From positions 96,001-160,000 of the IMG/VR virus record IMGVR_UViG_3300045988_144812: 64,000 nucleotides of DNA. One strand, 5' to 3'. A program made the position numbers and the translations under genes. Under the pieces are notes generated by a model. It was not told the origin of the DNA. It searched no databases and was given only the letters and a program-made list of their open reading frames with translations. Origin of the DNA: a virus. Shown one piece after another: positions 37,597 to 47,393 of this stretch; the stretch's first letter is position 1; each line of letters begins with the position of its first letter.

Positions 37597-39897
37597 TTAA
37601 CTTAACCAATAATTAATATCGCTAATATCATTAGGGTTTTGGTAAATATCATTCGTCATATTGCCATAACGGTTACCGAAATAAGGATTTCCTGTAAATA
37701 CATCACTCATGTGGCTTAAACCATCCATTACGTCATTCAGCATGTCTGGTGAAGAACGTAAAGCATTAATACGACGAGTTTCTTTTAAGTCATCAATCAT
37801 GCCGGATACAGACATCGCCATTTGTGATTTAGATTCAGGAGTTAAACGAGATTCTAACAGACGAATGGTTTTCTCTAATTTAGCAAACTCAAAATGGTCT
37901 TCAGTATTAGATAATTCTTCGTACAGATTAGAAATCTTGTCTTTCAATACTTCTTGTTCTCTTTGTTGCATTTGTTTTACTGGATCGATTTCTTCACCAG
38001 CAGTAACAACATTAGACAAGAATCTTCCCTTATTGATATTGTAATAATTAACATTACGTCCGTTAAATACAAACCAACAAGCCAATAACCAAGAAATTAC
38101 TTGGTCATCGTGATCTTCTTTGTCAGAGCCATGATCGATTCTACCGTCAACAATAACCAATCCTAATAGCTCGCGGATCAGTTTCTTGTCTTTTACTTTA
38201 TCAGCAATAACATCAATAGCTCGATAGAATGTTTCACCATATAGATTATCACGACTATAACGACCTTTACCAGAAGTACTATAACCAAATGAACTACGAT
38301 ACATATTGGCTACACTAGCTGGATTAGGATGTGCATCCATCATCATGAATGCTCTGGCTTTCTCATCTTTTTCATGAACAATAGTATTAAAGATTTGCTT
38401 AAATGGATTAATGCCATGTGCCGGTAAAGTCTCAATTAAGAAGTCGATAATACCTTGTGCAGATGAACGATTCTCAGGAACCAGCAACAGTTTAGGAAAG
38501 CGAATAATCAAATCACAAAGCCATTGAGCATATTGGAAGAGATTGACTTTACTAATACTTGCCGTACCAATTATGTTAAGATCTAAAGCATTTACAAATG
38601 TTAGTGAGCAGGCATCCTTACCAATAGCAGAAGAAGAGTCCAAGCCCACAATAACCGGACAATTATTGAATATACTAGAAAGTTCATGATTATCTACGTA
38701 CCAATTAATAACAATGCCAAATTTACCAATGTCTCTAAATACTGGATCACACTCACTATTCTTGATCATCTGTGCTTGTTCTACCGTAAATGGAGAAGAC
38801 TCAGTACCGGATGTCCAAACATTATAATAATCTCGTAAAGCATCCTCACCTGTTACTTTGTTTCGAGCCATGTTTTCAATCAACCATTCGTCAGTATAAC
38901 CTAATTGGCGATGAGAGAAAGTTCCTTGTACTTGGAAAAGACCAATAGCTTTAAACAAAGGATCGACAGGATTAGAATCGGCTTTTACTCGTTTTTCAAA
39001 TTCAACCGCATCGAAAGAATCAAAATAATTCTCATCAAACTGTGCAGATTCATTCCATACCTCGTATGCCCAACGACCATGTGGTGTGTCTTTTTTACCA
39101 GCAGTTGTTGTGAAGATAGAACAGGTTTCTTTACCTTGCTCTAAAGCTTTTTGTCTCGCCGCGTCCATTGACGAACCCATAGACGGAATGGTAATGTGGT
39201 TTAATTTACAGAAAGCCACCTCATCACACTGACGAACTTCCACTGTGTTACCACGACCACGTTTATAAGCAGCATCTTCTGACTCTTGAGCAATAATCGT
39301 ATTATAGTAATTGTTATTACTCAATACAGTAATACCTTCTGTATTGTTACTATCCTTACGAGTGATAGGATTTAAATAAGGAGGTAAAGTAGCAATAAGG
39401 GCACGAAGACGAATTACGTTTACAGTACGTAAGTCAGAGTCTTTTGTATAAAGAAGCATCTTAAGACTCTTACGAAAACACAACAGATATTGCATGATAA
39501 TATCTGTAGAGAATGATTTACCAGTTTGTCGTGGTTGGATTAAGAAATACTGACAATGGTTAAAGAAACACCAGAACAATGAGATGTTTGCTCTATTAGC
39601 TCTAAAGAAAATACGAGTATCTTCATTCGAGTCAGGCGCTTGGGCTAATTCTCTAAAAAAGTACCATGGGTTTACTGCGATTTCTGTAGCAATTTTAGAA
39701 ATCATGTGAGGGGTTAAATTTGGATCAAATGGATCTACAAATTCTAAATCAGGGTCATGCAAAGCAAGATGGAAGTAATAGTTTTTAATACCCATCTTCT
39801 TGTAAATATTTGCTAAGTCGATAAACGACTGATTTTTAGTAGTGAGATGCACAATGGCATTTGGGTATTTGTCCCAATCTTTTAAAAATAAAATCAT
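37597..39897 (-). CDS. terL: terminase large subunit
   Basis: 766 aa. Walker A LIQPRQTGKSFS and Walker B-like VRQCDEVAFC, with a long C-terminal region consistent with a nuclease domain. Confidence 0.82.
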   Translation of the reverse strand: MILFLKDWDKYPNAIVHLTTKNQSFIDLANIYKKMGIKNYYFHLALHDPDLEFVDPFDPNLTPHMISKIATEIAVNPWYFFRELAQAPDSNEDTRIFFRANRANISLFWCFFNHCQYFLIQPRQTGKSFSTDIIMQYLLCFRKSLKMLLYTKDSDLRTVNVIRLRALIATLPPYLNPITRKDSNNTEGITVLSNNNYYNTIIAQESEDAAYKRGRGNTVEVRQCDEVAFCKLNHITIPSMGSSMDAARQKALEQGKETCSIFTTTAGKKDTPHGRWAYEVWNESAQFDENYFDSFDAVEFEKRVKADSNPVDPLFKAIGLFQVQGTFSHRQLGYTDEWLIENMARNKVTGEDALRDYYNVWTSGTESSPFTVEQAQMIKNSECDPVFRDIGKFGIVINWYVDNHELSSIFNNCPVIVGLDSSSAIGKDACSLTFVNALDLNIIGTASISKVNLFQYAQWLCDLIIRFPKLLLVPENRSSAQGIIDFLIETLPAHGINPFKQIFNTIVHEKDEKARAFMMMDAHPNPASVANMYRSSFGYSTSGKGRYSRDNLYGETFYRAIDVIADKVKDKKLIRELLGLVIVDGRIDHGSDKEDHDDQVISWLLACWFVFNGRNVNYYNINKGRFLSNVVTAGEEIDPVKQMQQREQEVLKDKISNLYEELSNTEDHFEFAKLEKTIRLLESRLTPESKSQMAMSVSGMIDDLKETRRINALRSSPDMLNDVMDGLSHMSDVFTGNPYFGNRYGNMTNDIYQNPNDISDINYWLS

Positions 39898-39918
39898 TCT
39901 GTTTATTGCCTTTTATAA

Positions 39919-39947
39919 AATATTTCAGTTATATATCATTAAAGTGA
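39919..39947 (+). promoter_or_regulatory. class-I promoter-like box (variant)
   Basis: aatatttcagttatatatcattaaagtga, in the divergent region between terL(-) and 40078(+). Confidence 0.4.
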
Positions 39948-39987
39948 ATTATCAAAGCATTTTAATGCTGACGACACATAATTTTAA

Positions 39988-40012
39988 AAGAGATTGGATT
40001 TACCAATCTCTT
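39988..40012 (+). promoter_or_regulatory. leader hairpin (possible attenuator) upstream of 40078
   Basis: aagagattgg-attta-ccaatctctt followed by aatgtttatttttc. Lies between the promoter-like box and the ATG. Confidence 0.35.
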
Positions 40013-40077
40013 AATGTTTATTTTTCTATCTAATTTATTTTGTTTTTTATTCTAATTTTAATCACAAGGACGTTACC

Positions 40078-40938
40078 ATGAATAAAGATGTTTTGAAAAG
40101 CTTCTTTAAAGAAGCTGTAAGTTTAATTAAGTCAGGAGAGAAATCTATTTCTCTTAAAGACCTGATTTTAGCTGATAAAGAAATCGTCAGCAAAACCATT
40201 AAACACATCACGTCGTCATCATACTACATGATGCACGTGGGTCAGATCACATCGATCCAAGAAGGATTCAATGAATGGATTGCTAATCGTGAAGAATCCC
40301 AAGTATTTCCGCAAATCAAATTCCCAACCACGATTGACTACGATCAATCGTTAAATCTAAATAATCCAATTATGGATTTAACAAAAGCATCGGAAGATGA
40401 AATAGCCTTAGTATATCACATGGCTGTATTGTTCTTAATTGAGTATTATTTAGAATCTGAGGAAGAAAGTTCTTGGCAGCGAGAACGAGTGCAAAGTGAA
40501 GTCACTCGTACACTCAATTCCAGTATCTACTTCTTCATTAATTTGGGTGCTGATCACGCTTCTTACATTGGTAACTTTTCTACCGAAGAATCTCACTTCT
40601 TGGTATTCGTTACCATGTTGAAATTCTATCGTAATCTTGATAAGGATTATGTGCGCGGTATCTTGGAATATCTGACTTATCTCTTCTTAGAATTTAAAGG
40701 AGAATACAGTCAAGAAGTACTGGATGATTTCGAAGAATATCTGTCCCGTACTTTCCCAAATTTGGATCTCGAACGAGTATTCCAATTAGATGCAATTATG
40801 TGCATCATTAACATATTCGATATTGTCGAATACTTCTTGGAGTTGTTTATCGATAAGGAAGGTAAAGATATCTTTCCACGCGATGGCTATACTCCATCTG
40901 ACCTACAAGCAACTATTACTAACTGGGCGCTTGTTTAA
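40078..40938 (+). CDS. hypothetical protein
   Basis: 286-aa ORF with RBS caaggacgttaccATG. Confidence 0.7.
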   Translation: MNKDVLKSFFKEAVSLIKSGEKSISLKDLILADKEIVSKTIKHITSSSYYMMHVGQITSIQEGFNEWIANREESQVFPQIKFPTTIDYDQSLNLNNPIMDLTKASEDEIALVYHMAVLFLIEYYLESEEESSWQRERVQSEVTRTLNSSIYFFINLGADHASYIGNFSTEESHFLVFVTMLKFYRNLDKDYVRGILEYLTYLFLEFKGEYSQEVLDDFEEYLSRTFPNLDLERVFQLDAIMCIINIFDIVEYFLELFIDKEGKDIFPRDGYTPSDLQATITNWALV

Positions 40939-40943
40939 TCTAA

Positions 40944-40961
40944 CTAACTTATATAAAGGAA
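40944..40961 (+). promoter_or_regulatory. class-II box
   Basis: ctaacttatataaaggaa before ATG 40968 (preceded by another ctaa). Confidence 0.5.
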
Positions 40962-40967
40962 ATCAAA

Positions 40968-41300
40968 ATGAAACCAACTATTACTGCTCAAGAAGCAAAC
41001 GAAATGATGTACAACCTTTCCATCCGTTACATGGAGAACGTGAAGTATCACATGGAAAGTTTGGAAAACATTCGTCCTGAAGATGAATATACTCCAATGG
41101 ATCTTCTTCTGGCTACGATTAAAGTAGCCAAAGTACTCTTGGTCAAAATGGAAGCTTTGGCTTCCGTTCTGAACATCAAAAGTTATGCCGTTGACTTAGG
41201 TGATGATGCGCTTACGATCGACTTGGATACAAGTAAACCTACCGTAAAACGTGTTCTTGACCTTATCGATCGAGTAGAGGGTTTAGATGGAAATCACTAA
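40968..41300 (+). CDS. hypothetical small protein (expression-type codon usage)
   Basis: 110-aa ORF preceded by the ctaacttatataaaggaa box. Confidence 0.7.
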   Translation: MKPTITAQEANEMMYNLSIRYMENVKYHMESLENIRPEDEYTPMDLLLATIKVAKVLLVKMEALASVLNIKSYAVDLGDDALTIDLDTSKPTVKRVLDLIDRVEGLDGNH

Positions 41301-42093
41301 CCTAGTAGTGGGTCCAGTGGGTAACGTACCACTGGACTATCTATACGATTTCAATGATCCTAAACATCGTGAAGAAATCCGTGCTGATTACGCTAATGGA
41401 ATCTCATCATTATTAGTCAGTATCTGTGAAGAAGTCAGTAACTATCCTGATAAGGTTATTGTCGACATCAGTGATTTATCGGTAGTCGATAATCCTGAGG
41501 AAGACGAATATGCAACCGTTATTCCAAAGGTAGAGATCTTTCCGGATCTAGCGGCAATCACTATGTTTTTCCATAAGAGTATTAATGAAAAAATATACGA
41601 TACCGTACTAGAACACGTAAATAAAGAATCCCCAGGTTCCATGATTACTGATTTTGATGTTTTGACAACTTGTGTTTGTTTAAACGATTCTAAGATCAGT
41701 AACTTTGGTATTACTACCCAGTATGGGACTTACCAAATAGATTGTGTTCAGGTAGATGATGTTGTATTCCAGATGACTGATGGAAATGGTCGTAAAGGTA
41801 AATTCAGCATGAGGATCGTTGGTATTCCTGACAACAAGAAACCAAATGGTGAGTATGATAACATTGCGACAATAATGACCGCTATGTCAACTGAAACTAC
41901 TCGTGAGATGTTTAAAACCATGAGTAATTTTAAACTAATGTTATCTCCAGACGCGCTCTCTTATGTGATGATGACGGCAGGTTCTAGACTTAATCTATCT
42001 CACAATTGTTTAGATGTTATTTACTTCCGAAGTGTTGCCAAACAGTGTATAGACCAACTGGTTTTGGAAGCAAAAGGAAATAGTATTAACTAA
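41287..42093 (+). CDS. hypothetical protein
   Basis: 268-aa ORF overlapping the previous gene by 14 nt. Confidence 0.7.
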   Translation: MEITNLVVGPVGNVPLDYLYDFNDPKHREEIRADYANGISSLLVSICEEVSNYPDKVIVDISDLSVVDNPEEDEYATVIPKVEIFPDLAAITMFFHKSINEKIYDTVLEHVNKESPGSMITDFDVLTTCVCLNDSKISNFGITTQYGTYQIDCVQVDDVVFQMTDGNGRKGKFSMRIVGIPDNKKPNGEYDNIATIMTAMSTETTREMFKTMSNFKLMLSPDALSYVMMTAGSRLNLSHNCLDVIYFRSVAKQCIDQLVLEAKGNSIN

Positions 42094-42103
42094 ACATAAG
42101 AAT

Positions 42104-42133
42104 CTCTCCTCTACCTTAATTGGTAGAGGAGAG
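42104..42133. terminator. bidirectional terminator (CTCTAC family)
   Basis: ctctcctctacc-ttaatt-ggtagaggagag followed by tatttcttttttt. Confidence 0.8.
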
Positions 42134-42144
42134 TATTTCTTTTT

Positions 42145-42747
42145 TTAGTTTCCAGACAAAACAAAAGTAGCGAATACAGCTAATCGATCTGTAGACTGCA
42201 TTAAATCAAATAAACTACCACAGCGCAACTCGACATCTTCCATCTTGACCGTAGCGGGTACTAGAATGACCAAATTAACAAAATAACCATCCACAATTAA
42301 ACTACGAATTTTTTCAACATGGTAATCTGATAAAGTCTCGTATTGAATTGTCCAAATAAATGGTTGGTTATTGTCTTTAATTAAACTCGCTAATTCACCA
42401 GTGATATCGTATAAACCTAAACCACCCTCTACATGTTCTACACTTAAACGACTATTACGGGTAGCGGCAATAGAACCATCTACTCCAGCGATGACATCAT
42501 TACGACCAATCATGTAACTTTTGGTAGGATCATGTTTATCACCCATGTCACGACCTAATGATTCTATCATTCCGTCTTGTTCATTTTCAGTTTTACTAAA
42601 TAACTCATTTAACCTCTGAGCGATCTGAGTAGCAAAATCTCCCATGATAGGAACATTTTCAGTTCCTTTAAATGTAGGTGGGTGAATAAATGACTCGGTA
42701 CTTAAATCTTTCTTTAAAGATTTTATTGGTACGACTTTGAATTTCAT
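42145..42747 (-). CDS. hypothetical protein
   Basis: Start moved from 42879 to ATG 42747 (MKFKVVPIK...), 17 nt after the upstream stop. This removes a 113-nt overlap with 42767..43570. Confidence 0.6.
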   Translation of the reverse strand: MKFKVVPIKSLKKDLSTESFIHPPTFKGTENVPIMGDFATQIAQRLNELFSKTENEQDGMIESLGRDMGDKHDPTKSYMIGRNDVIAGVDGSIAATRNSRLSVEHVEGGLGLYDITGELASLIKDNNQPFIWTIQYETLSDYHVEKIRSLIVDGYFVNLVILVPATVKMEDVELRCGSLFDLMQSTDRLAVFATFVLSGN

Positions 42748-42766
42748 TATTAATCTTTCTATTAAA

Positions 42767-43570
42767 TCAATACATGTTACCCATGGTAACTCGCCACAAT
42801 CTCCAGTTTTGTTCTTCATCAGCCTGCCAAAGAATACGACTAGCATCTCGTTTCTTCTCTTGATACATTTCTTCAGCATCTGCGTAAGTATCTACCCATT
42901 CACTAAATGCTGCCAATTCAGAACCGCCATCTAACATTGCTCTATTGATTCGGATTTTAAGCTTTTTATAAATGTAAGCTTTACATGCCAATAGACTTAA
43001 TTCTTTAACGTAAGAAATTGCAGTACGATCAATAGTATTTAGTTTAGCATCGTGTTCTACTAGAATATCAATCGTACAGTTAGTACTGAGATAAGGAGCA
43101 CGTTTAATAATAAAAGAATTAGGAGAAATGACTTCCGTTTTTTCTAAGTAGTTAGCAGGCACACTGGAACCACCTGCAGCCATTTTAGAGCCAGCAGACA
43201 TTACTGAAGAAACACCAGCTGCAAGACTATCGCTACCCATGTAAGAGTTATTGTAGATGTTGACTGTATTCACACCCAGTACCGAGAGAATCTTTCTATT
43301 CTGTAGTACTTCTGGAGGAATAACGACAACATAGTCAGATACATTGATTCTTTCAATCTGACATGCTTCCAATGGAATAGTAACTTGATGAGCGTATTCT
43401 AAAGAAAGATCAGGAATAACGCGTTTCTCAAAAATCTCAGTGATGATACGGGCATCTGCACTTACTGGTTTATAATAATCTTGGCGATATGGCGTGACAA
43501 AAGTTTCCTCGATAATCTCTTCAGGAATTACTTGATGTATTTCAGCTAGACACATGTTTACAGTCGACAT
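42767..43570 (-). CDS. hypothetical protein
   Basis: 267-aa ORF with RBS cgaaaggatagacttATG. Confidence 0.7.
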   Translation of the reverse strand: MSTVNMCLAEIHQVIPEEIIEETFVTPYRQDYYKPVSADARIITEIFEKRVIPDLSLEYAHQVTIPLEACQIERINVSDYVVVIPPEVLQNRKILSVLGVNTVNIYNNSYMGSDSLAAGVSSVMSAGSKMAAGGSSVPANYLEKTEVISPNSFIIKRAPYLSTNCTIDILVEHDAKLNTIDRTAISYVKELSLLACKAYIYKKLKIRINRAMLDGGSELAAFSEWVDTYADAEEMYQEKKRDASRILWQADEEQNWRLWRVTMGNMY

Positions 43571-43583
43571 AAGTCTATCCTTT

Positions 43584-43610
43584 CGAATATATAAATATAG
43601 ATAAAATATG
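43584..43610 (-). promoter_or_regulatory. class-I-like box on the minus strand
   Basis: Minus strand reads catattttatctatatttatatattcg, just upstream of ATG 43570. Confidence 0.35.
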
Positions 43611-43827
43611 CTCTAATTTTCATACGAATAATCTAATTAGTTACACGAATATATTATTATCATGAGAAAAGAGTAAATATCATTCTATTTTGCTCTAGAT
43701 TCATCCTACATTGAGAAACTATCTTAAGATGATAGATACCCTTAAGAAACATTAAAAGTCCGTATAAGCTTATTTTTACAGACTTTGAGCATTTATGATC
43801 GATATTCTAATTGTATAGGAATTTGTT

Positions 43828-44430
43828 ATGCAACAAACATTCTTTATCCCCGATATAGAAAAAGCAATAAAAGATGTTTTTATGTACGGGCATCAATTAA
43901 TAGAAAATCCTATTGGATCTTCTATGGACAAAACTGTTCAAGAAGCATTAGGCGAATACATCATAAACCATAAATTTACATTATCTAGTTTTAACTGGTT
44001 AGTGAATTTAGGAATCGATAAAGTCTATGCCGAAGAATTTAATCGTGCTGGCTTCATGAAAGATACATGGTCTTGGTACGCTGGTATTAATATTATTGTT
44101 AACTATTGGCTAGAAAGATTAGGTTGTTTTGTTATTAATAATAAACAATATCAAATCCTAGATACGGTTAATTTATTATTGCAATTCGATAAAAACCTAA
44201 AACAAGATTACAGTACAGGTAAGGAAATAGAAATGTTGGTTTCCGCAATAAAAAGCGGACATGTTGAGAATTTCTTTTCTAAGACATTAGGTGCTTTGAA
44301 TAAAGCATATCAAGAAGACATTGAGTTGTGTAGATTTATCGAAGACAGAAATCAAAATGATATTGGAGTTAAATTACCAATGTCTTTTGTCATCGATCCA
44401 TTTTATTTAACAATTACATTTATTCACTAG
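43828..44430 (+). CDS. hypothetical protein (cassette gene 1)
   Basis: 200-aa ORF with RBS taggaatttgttATG. First of six tightly packed genes. Confidence 0.6.
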   Translation: MQQTFFIPDIEKAIKDVFMYGHQLIENPIGSSMDKTVQEALGEYIINHKFTLSSFNWLVNLGIDKVYAEEFNRAGFMKDTWSWYAGINIIVNYWLERLGCFVINNKQYQILDTVNLLLQFDKNLKQDYSTGKEIEMLVSAIKSGHVENFFSKTLGALNKAYQEDIELCRFIEDRNQNDIGVKLPMSFVIDPFYLTITFIH

Positions 44431-44437
44431 GCACACT

Positions 44438-45283
44438 ATGGAAAACAAGTCAATTATTCAATTAAATGTTCGCGAAATTCTTGAAGATATAGAACTTCAA
44501 TTAGTTAATATTGGTGTATATAATAAACCAATATTAGAGAGCGAAGATTTTGGTTTTTACCATAAAGAAACTTATAGAGAACTTATTACGAAAGGAGAGA
44601 CATACACCTTAGTTAATATCGACGGTGTAAAATCTCAACAAGAATATAAAGGAACTATTAAGTCATTTAATTATTTTCGACATCATCAAGTTTACGACAG
44701 TTATGGCAATAAAGTTTATTCTCCTTTTGGGAATGTTGCATTTTCTAGAGTTTGCCATGCTGAGACCCTAACAATATTCAAAGACATTTTTGATCACTCA
44801 TTAAAAATGGATCTTCCATTACGCTTTTGCGGTAGATTGATAATGGCCAGGAGAGATTTAGCTTTATATGTTTTAAGCTTAGTATTTCCGGAACATATTG
44901 GTTATATTCTTAAAGATGATGTTCCTGATGAAGTAGTGGATAAAAATCCATTAGTTATTCTGATGTATAACGTTATTCGTATCATTGAGAATATTGTTAC
45001 TAACTCAGAATTGTCTCCACATGAGATTTATGCATTTGTGTATAAAGAAGGATTTATTTATTTAGAGAGTCTCGGTGATTATAGAATCATTGAGTGGGAA
45101 ATGATACAAGATTATATTCAAGATAAGATTGGGTCGGATACTTCTAGAGAATATAAAAATACCTTTGGAAACATGAATCCATTAGAATTTCTTTGTGATA
45201 CATCACCAAAATATGTTGAATATTTGGTGTGTGAAATGGTGGATAAAAAGCAAAGACAAATTTGGTGTAAACTGATAAATTAA
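44438..45283 (+). CDS. hypothetical protein (cassette gene 2)
   Basis: 281-aa ORF, 7 nt after the previous stop. No SD (cactaggcacactATG). Confidence 0.6.
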   Translation: MENKSIIQLNVREILEDIELQLVNIGVYNKPILESEDFGFYHKETYRELITKGETYTLVNIDGVKSQQEYKGTIKSFNYFRHHQVYDSYGNKVYSPFGNVAFSRVCHAETLTIFKDIFDHSLKMDLPLRFCGRLIMARRDLALYVLSLVFPEHIGYILKDDVPDEVVDKNPLVILMYNVIRIIENIVTNSELSPHEIYAFVYKEGFIYLESLGDYRIIEWEMIQDYIQDKIGSDTSREYKNTFGNMNPLEFLCDTSPKYVEYLVCEMVDKKQRQIWCKLIN

Positions 45284-45304
45284 TTTTAGAAAGTAATACT
45301 AGGT

Positions 45305-45778
45305 ATGGTGCCTATTTTAAACATTCCTAAAAAAAGGTACTCTACAGCTTATCTAGGGAATATCAACTTAACTGATATTTATACCTACTTCCAAGAGGAG
45401 CTTCTTAATAAGAAGCTATCCTCTTGGGATCTTCGTCAATGTGGTTATGAAAGCATACACCACTTTTTTTTGCTTACTTTAAATGAGCTTTATGACGAAA
45501 TGGTTGATCCCGAAGGAAATTCAGACTACTATGCTAAATACGTAGAAACCGTTACGAATATCGGATTGAGCATAGAAGTTGCTGATAATATTTTAAAATA
45601 TTTAGCTGTATTAGTTAATGAAGTAATAGAAGAATTAAGAATAACAAATAAAGAATGTGTTTATATTCAAGTGCAAGAAGACATTAGCTTAATCCCTTTA
45701 GCTTCTGTTTATTGTTTAAGATCCATAAGTATAATTGGAGTAGACACATATGTCCCTAGGCAAAAAATTCGTTTTTAG
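45305..45778 (+). CDS. hypothetical protein (cassette gene 3)
   Basis: 157-aa ORF with no clear SD. Confidence 0.55.
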   Translation: MVPILNIPKKRYSTAYLGNINLTDIYTYFQEELLNKKLSSWDLRQCGYESIHHFFLLTLNELYDEMVDPEGNSDYYAKYVETVTNIGLSIEVADNILKYLAVLVNEVIEELRITNKECVYIQVQEDISLIPLASVYCLRSISIIGVDTYVPRQKIRF

Positions 45779-46121
45779 CGTAAACATTCCGAGTCAGCTA
45801 AATATCGCTATTGATTTAATTTATAAAATGACTGGACACCACATTAACATTAATCAGTTGGTGGACTTCATTTCTAGAAATCGCCCTTATCGAAATGTCG
45901 ATATGGATGCAAAAGTAAATACTGAAACCATTTTATTAACCGATACATTTGTAGAGAACATCGAACATTATCAGAATACCCCAATGGGTATACAGATTTA
46001 CGACACGCTCTACCAAGTAATTTCGGTTTATTATCGTTTTATTTTTGATAAAGGCGATTACCTTTCTACTCAGAACAACTATATTCTGTTTAGTAAGGAA
46101 AATCTGAATCTGGATAAATAA
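45750..46121 (+). CDS. hypothetical protein (cassette gene 4)
   Basis: 123-aa ORF overlapping the previous gene by 29 nt. An alternative start is the Met at 45828. Confidence 0.5.
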   Translation: MSLGKKFVFSVNIPSQLNIAIDLIYKMTGHHININQLVDFISRNRPYRNVDMDAKVNTETILLTDTFVENIEHYQNTPMGIQIYDTLYQVISVYYRFIFDKGDYLSTQNNYILFSKENLNLDK

Positions 46122-46123
46122 CC

Positions 46124-46603
46124 ATGGTCATGACCGCTTTTTTAGATGATCCTCAGTATAAGTTAAAAATTCATTATTGTAACTTATTTGAAAAGTACTA
46201 CATTACTGATGGGGATTATGTCCAGAAAATTATGATACTGATGAGAAATACTTTTCGATTTACTGAAAATCAATTTAGATTATACATCATGGAAATCGAT
46301 AATGTATTTAGAAAGAAAGATCACCTCTTTCAAAATCAAAATGTTCTGGACTTTTATAACGAGTTCTCTATTTTGAATCTATATCCCGAGATACAAGCCC
46401 CTCCCGAGATAGAAAAAAGATTAACTCATCTTGCTTTTGAATTATATCGCTCGATTATCTCAGTGACAGTAAGTAATAAACTCTATCTACCTGAACCTGT
46501 ATTACAGCAAGATGGATATTTGAAAGTGAACTGTTACCATATTGGCGGATATACTACAGATTCAATTATTCTATTTAAGACAAATCCCTGGAGTCCTATT
46601 TAA
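46124..46603 (+). CDS. hypothetical protein (cassette gene 5)
   Basis: 159-aa ORF starting 2 nt after the previous stop. Confidence 0.55.
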   Translation: MVMTAFLDDPQYKLKIHYCNLFEKYYITDGDYVQKIMILMRNTFRFTENQFRLYIMEIDNVFRKKDHLFQNQNVLDFYNEFSILNLYPEIQAPPEIEKRLTHLAFELYRSIISVTVSNKLYLPEPVLQQDGYLKVNCYHIGGYTTDSIILFKTNPWSPI

Positions 46604-46604
46604 A

Positions 46605-47018
46605 ATGGCAGTCACTAAACAACTACAGATTGGTAAAATCTATTCTTTCGATACTTATGCTCCTGAAGTATTAGGTACTCGAATCGCAAATGCAAAATGT
46701 TTAGCCGTGCTTAATGCACAAAATGCAATATCTAATGGTGTAGATATCTTTGCCTATCATGAGCAAATGAGACCACACTTACCTGTCGGATACAATAATG
46801 ATCCGATGACGATGATTTATGTTAAGCTTGTAAACTCATCTGGTTTAGAAACTATTTACTCAATGGACTGGATCAATTTAGAAACTTTACAAGAAACACG
46901 GGCTGATCGAATCATTGCAACAATCGATGGTGTATCTATCGAAGATATTGAGATTATCCGTAGAGCTTTAGCAGTACAAGGCTATAATAACTTTAACTTA
47001 GTACTAACAGAAAGTTAA
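46605..47018 (+). CDS. hypothetical protein, possibly a small beta-barrel (SH3-like) phage family
   Basis: Start moved to ATG 46605 (1 nt after the previous stop). MAVTKQLQIGKIYSFDTYAPEVLG...VKLVNSSGLETIYSMDWI resembles a recurrent phage small-protein family as I recall it. Weak. Confidence 0.6.
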   Translation: MAVTKQLQIGKIYSFDTYAPEVLGTRIANAKCLAVLNAQNAISNGVDIFAYHEQMRPHLPVGYNNDPMTMIYVKLVNSSGLETIYSMDWINLETLQETRADRIIATIDGVSIEDIEIIRRALAVQGYNNFNLVLTES

Positions 47019-47026
47019 AATTTCTC

Positions 47027-47047
47027 AATATCACTCTATATATGAAC
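47027..47047 (+). promoter_or_regulatory. class-I-like box opening the gene-free unit
   Basis: aatatcactctatatatgaac shares aCTCTATAT with the box at 51863-51890. Starts 9 nt after the stop at 47018. Confidence 0.3.
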
Positions 47048-47322
47048 AAGATACTTTAGTCTTATTGATTTAGGTTAATTGACAACTTCCTTCACTACTG
47101 TTTATCGAGGAATAATCTAAATCAATACATTCCCTTGTAGTCATCTTTTTTTTTTCATTTTGATGTGACATGAATAATGTTCTAGCGACGAACTAGAAGT
47201 TATTTCTATAGGGGTGCCAGAATGGCTATTAATAAATTGTATTGGATAACCTGAACACGCCTGTCAAAAGATCCAGTAAGACTAGATAGTAAAAATGTCA
47301 GTTCCTACAAACCCAACCGAAA

Positions 47323-47350
47323 CCCTCGCTCCTTAGATTAGGAGCGAGGG
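47323..47350 (+). terminator. GC-rich hairpin closing the gene-free unit 47019-47422
   Basis: ccctcgctcct-tagatt-aggagcgaggg, an 11-bp stem. The T-rich stretch starts only about 8 nt later (gtttatatgttttt). Confidence 0.5.
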
Positions 47351-47377
47351 GAGTAAGTTTATATGTTTTTGTATGAG

Positions 47378-47393
47378 ATTTAAGATCTTAAAT
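47378..47393. repeat. perfect 16-bp palindrome about 30 nt upstream of ATG 47423
   Basis: atttaagatcttaaat. Confidence 0.9.

Noticed and set aside
40790-41080. 96-aa plus-strand ORF bridging the 40078..40938 and 40968..41300 genes.
   Set aside because: It is out of frame with both better-supported genes and runs across the intergenic class-II box.
42748-42879. N-terminal 44 aa of the track ORF 42145..42879, which overlaps 42767..43570.
   Set aside because: The internal ATG at 42747 follows the upstream stop by 17 nt and removes a 113-nt overlap. The extension has an odd composition.
46542-46604. N-terminal extension of the track ORF 46542..47018.
   Set aside because: It overlaps the end of the previous gene. 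ATG 46605 sits 1 nt after that gene's stop, the standard coupling arrangement.
47079-47110. TTGACA hexamer at 47079-47084 as a sigma-70 promoter for the gene-free unit.
   Set aside because: I found no acceptable -10 hexamer at 16-18 nt spacing (ttatcg at best). A single hexamer in AT-rich DNA is expected by chance.
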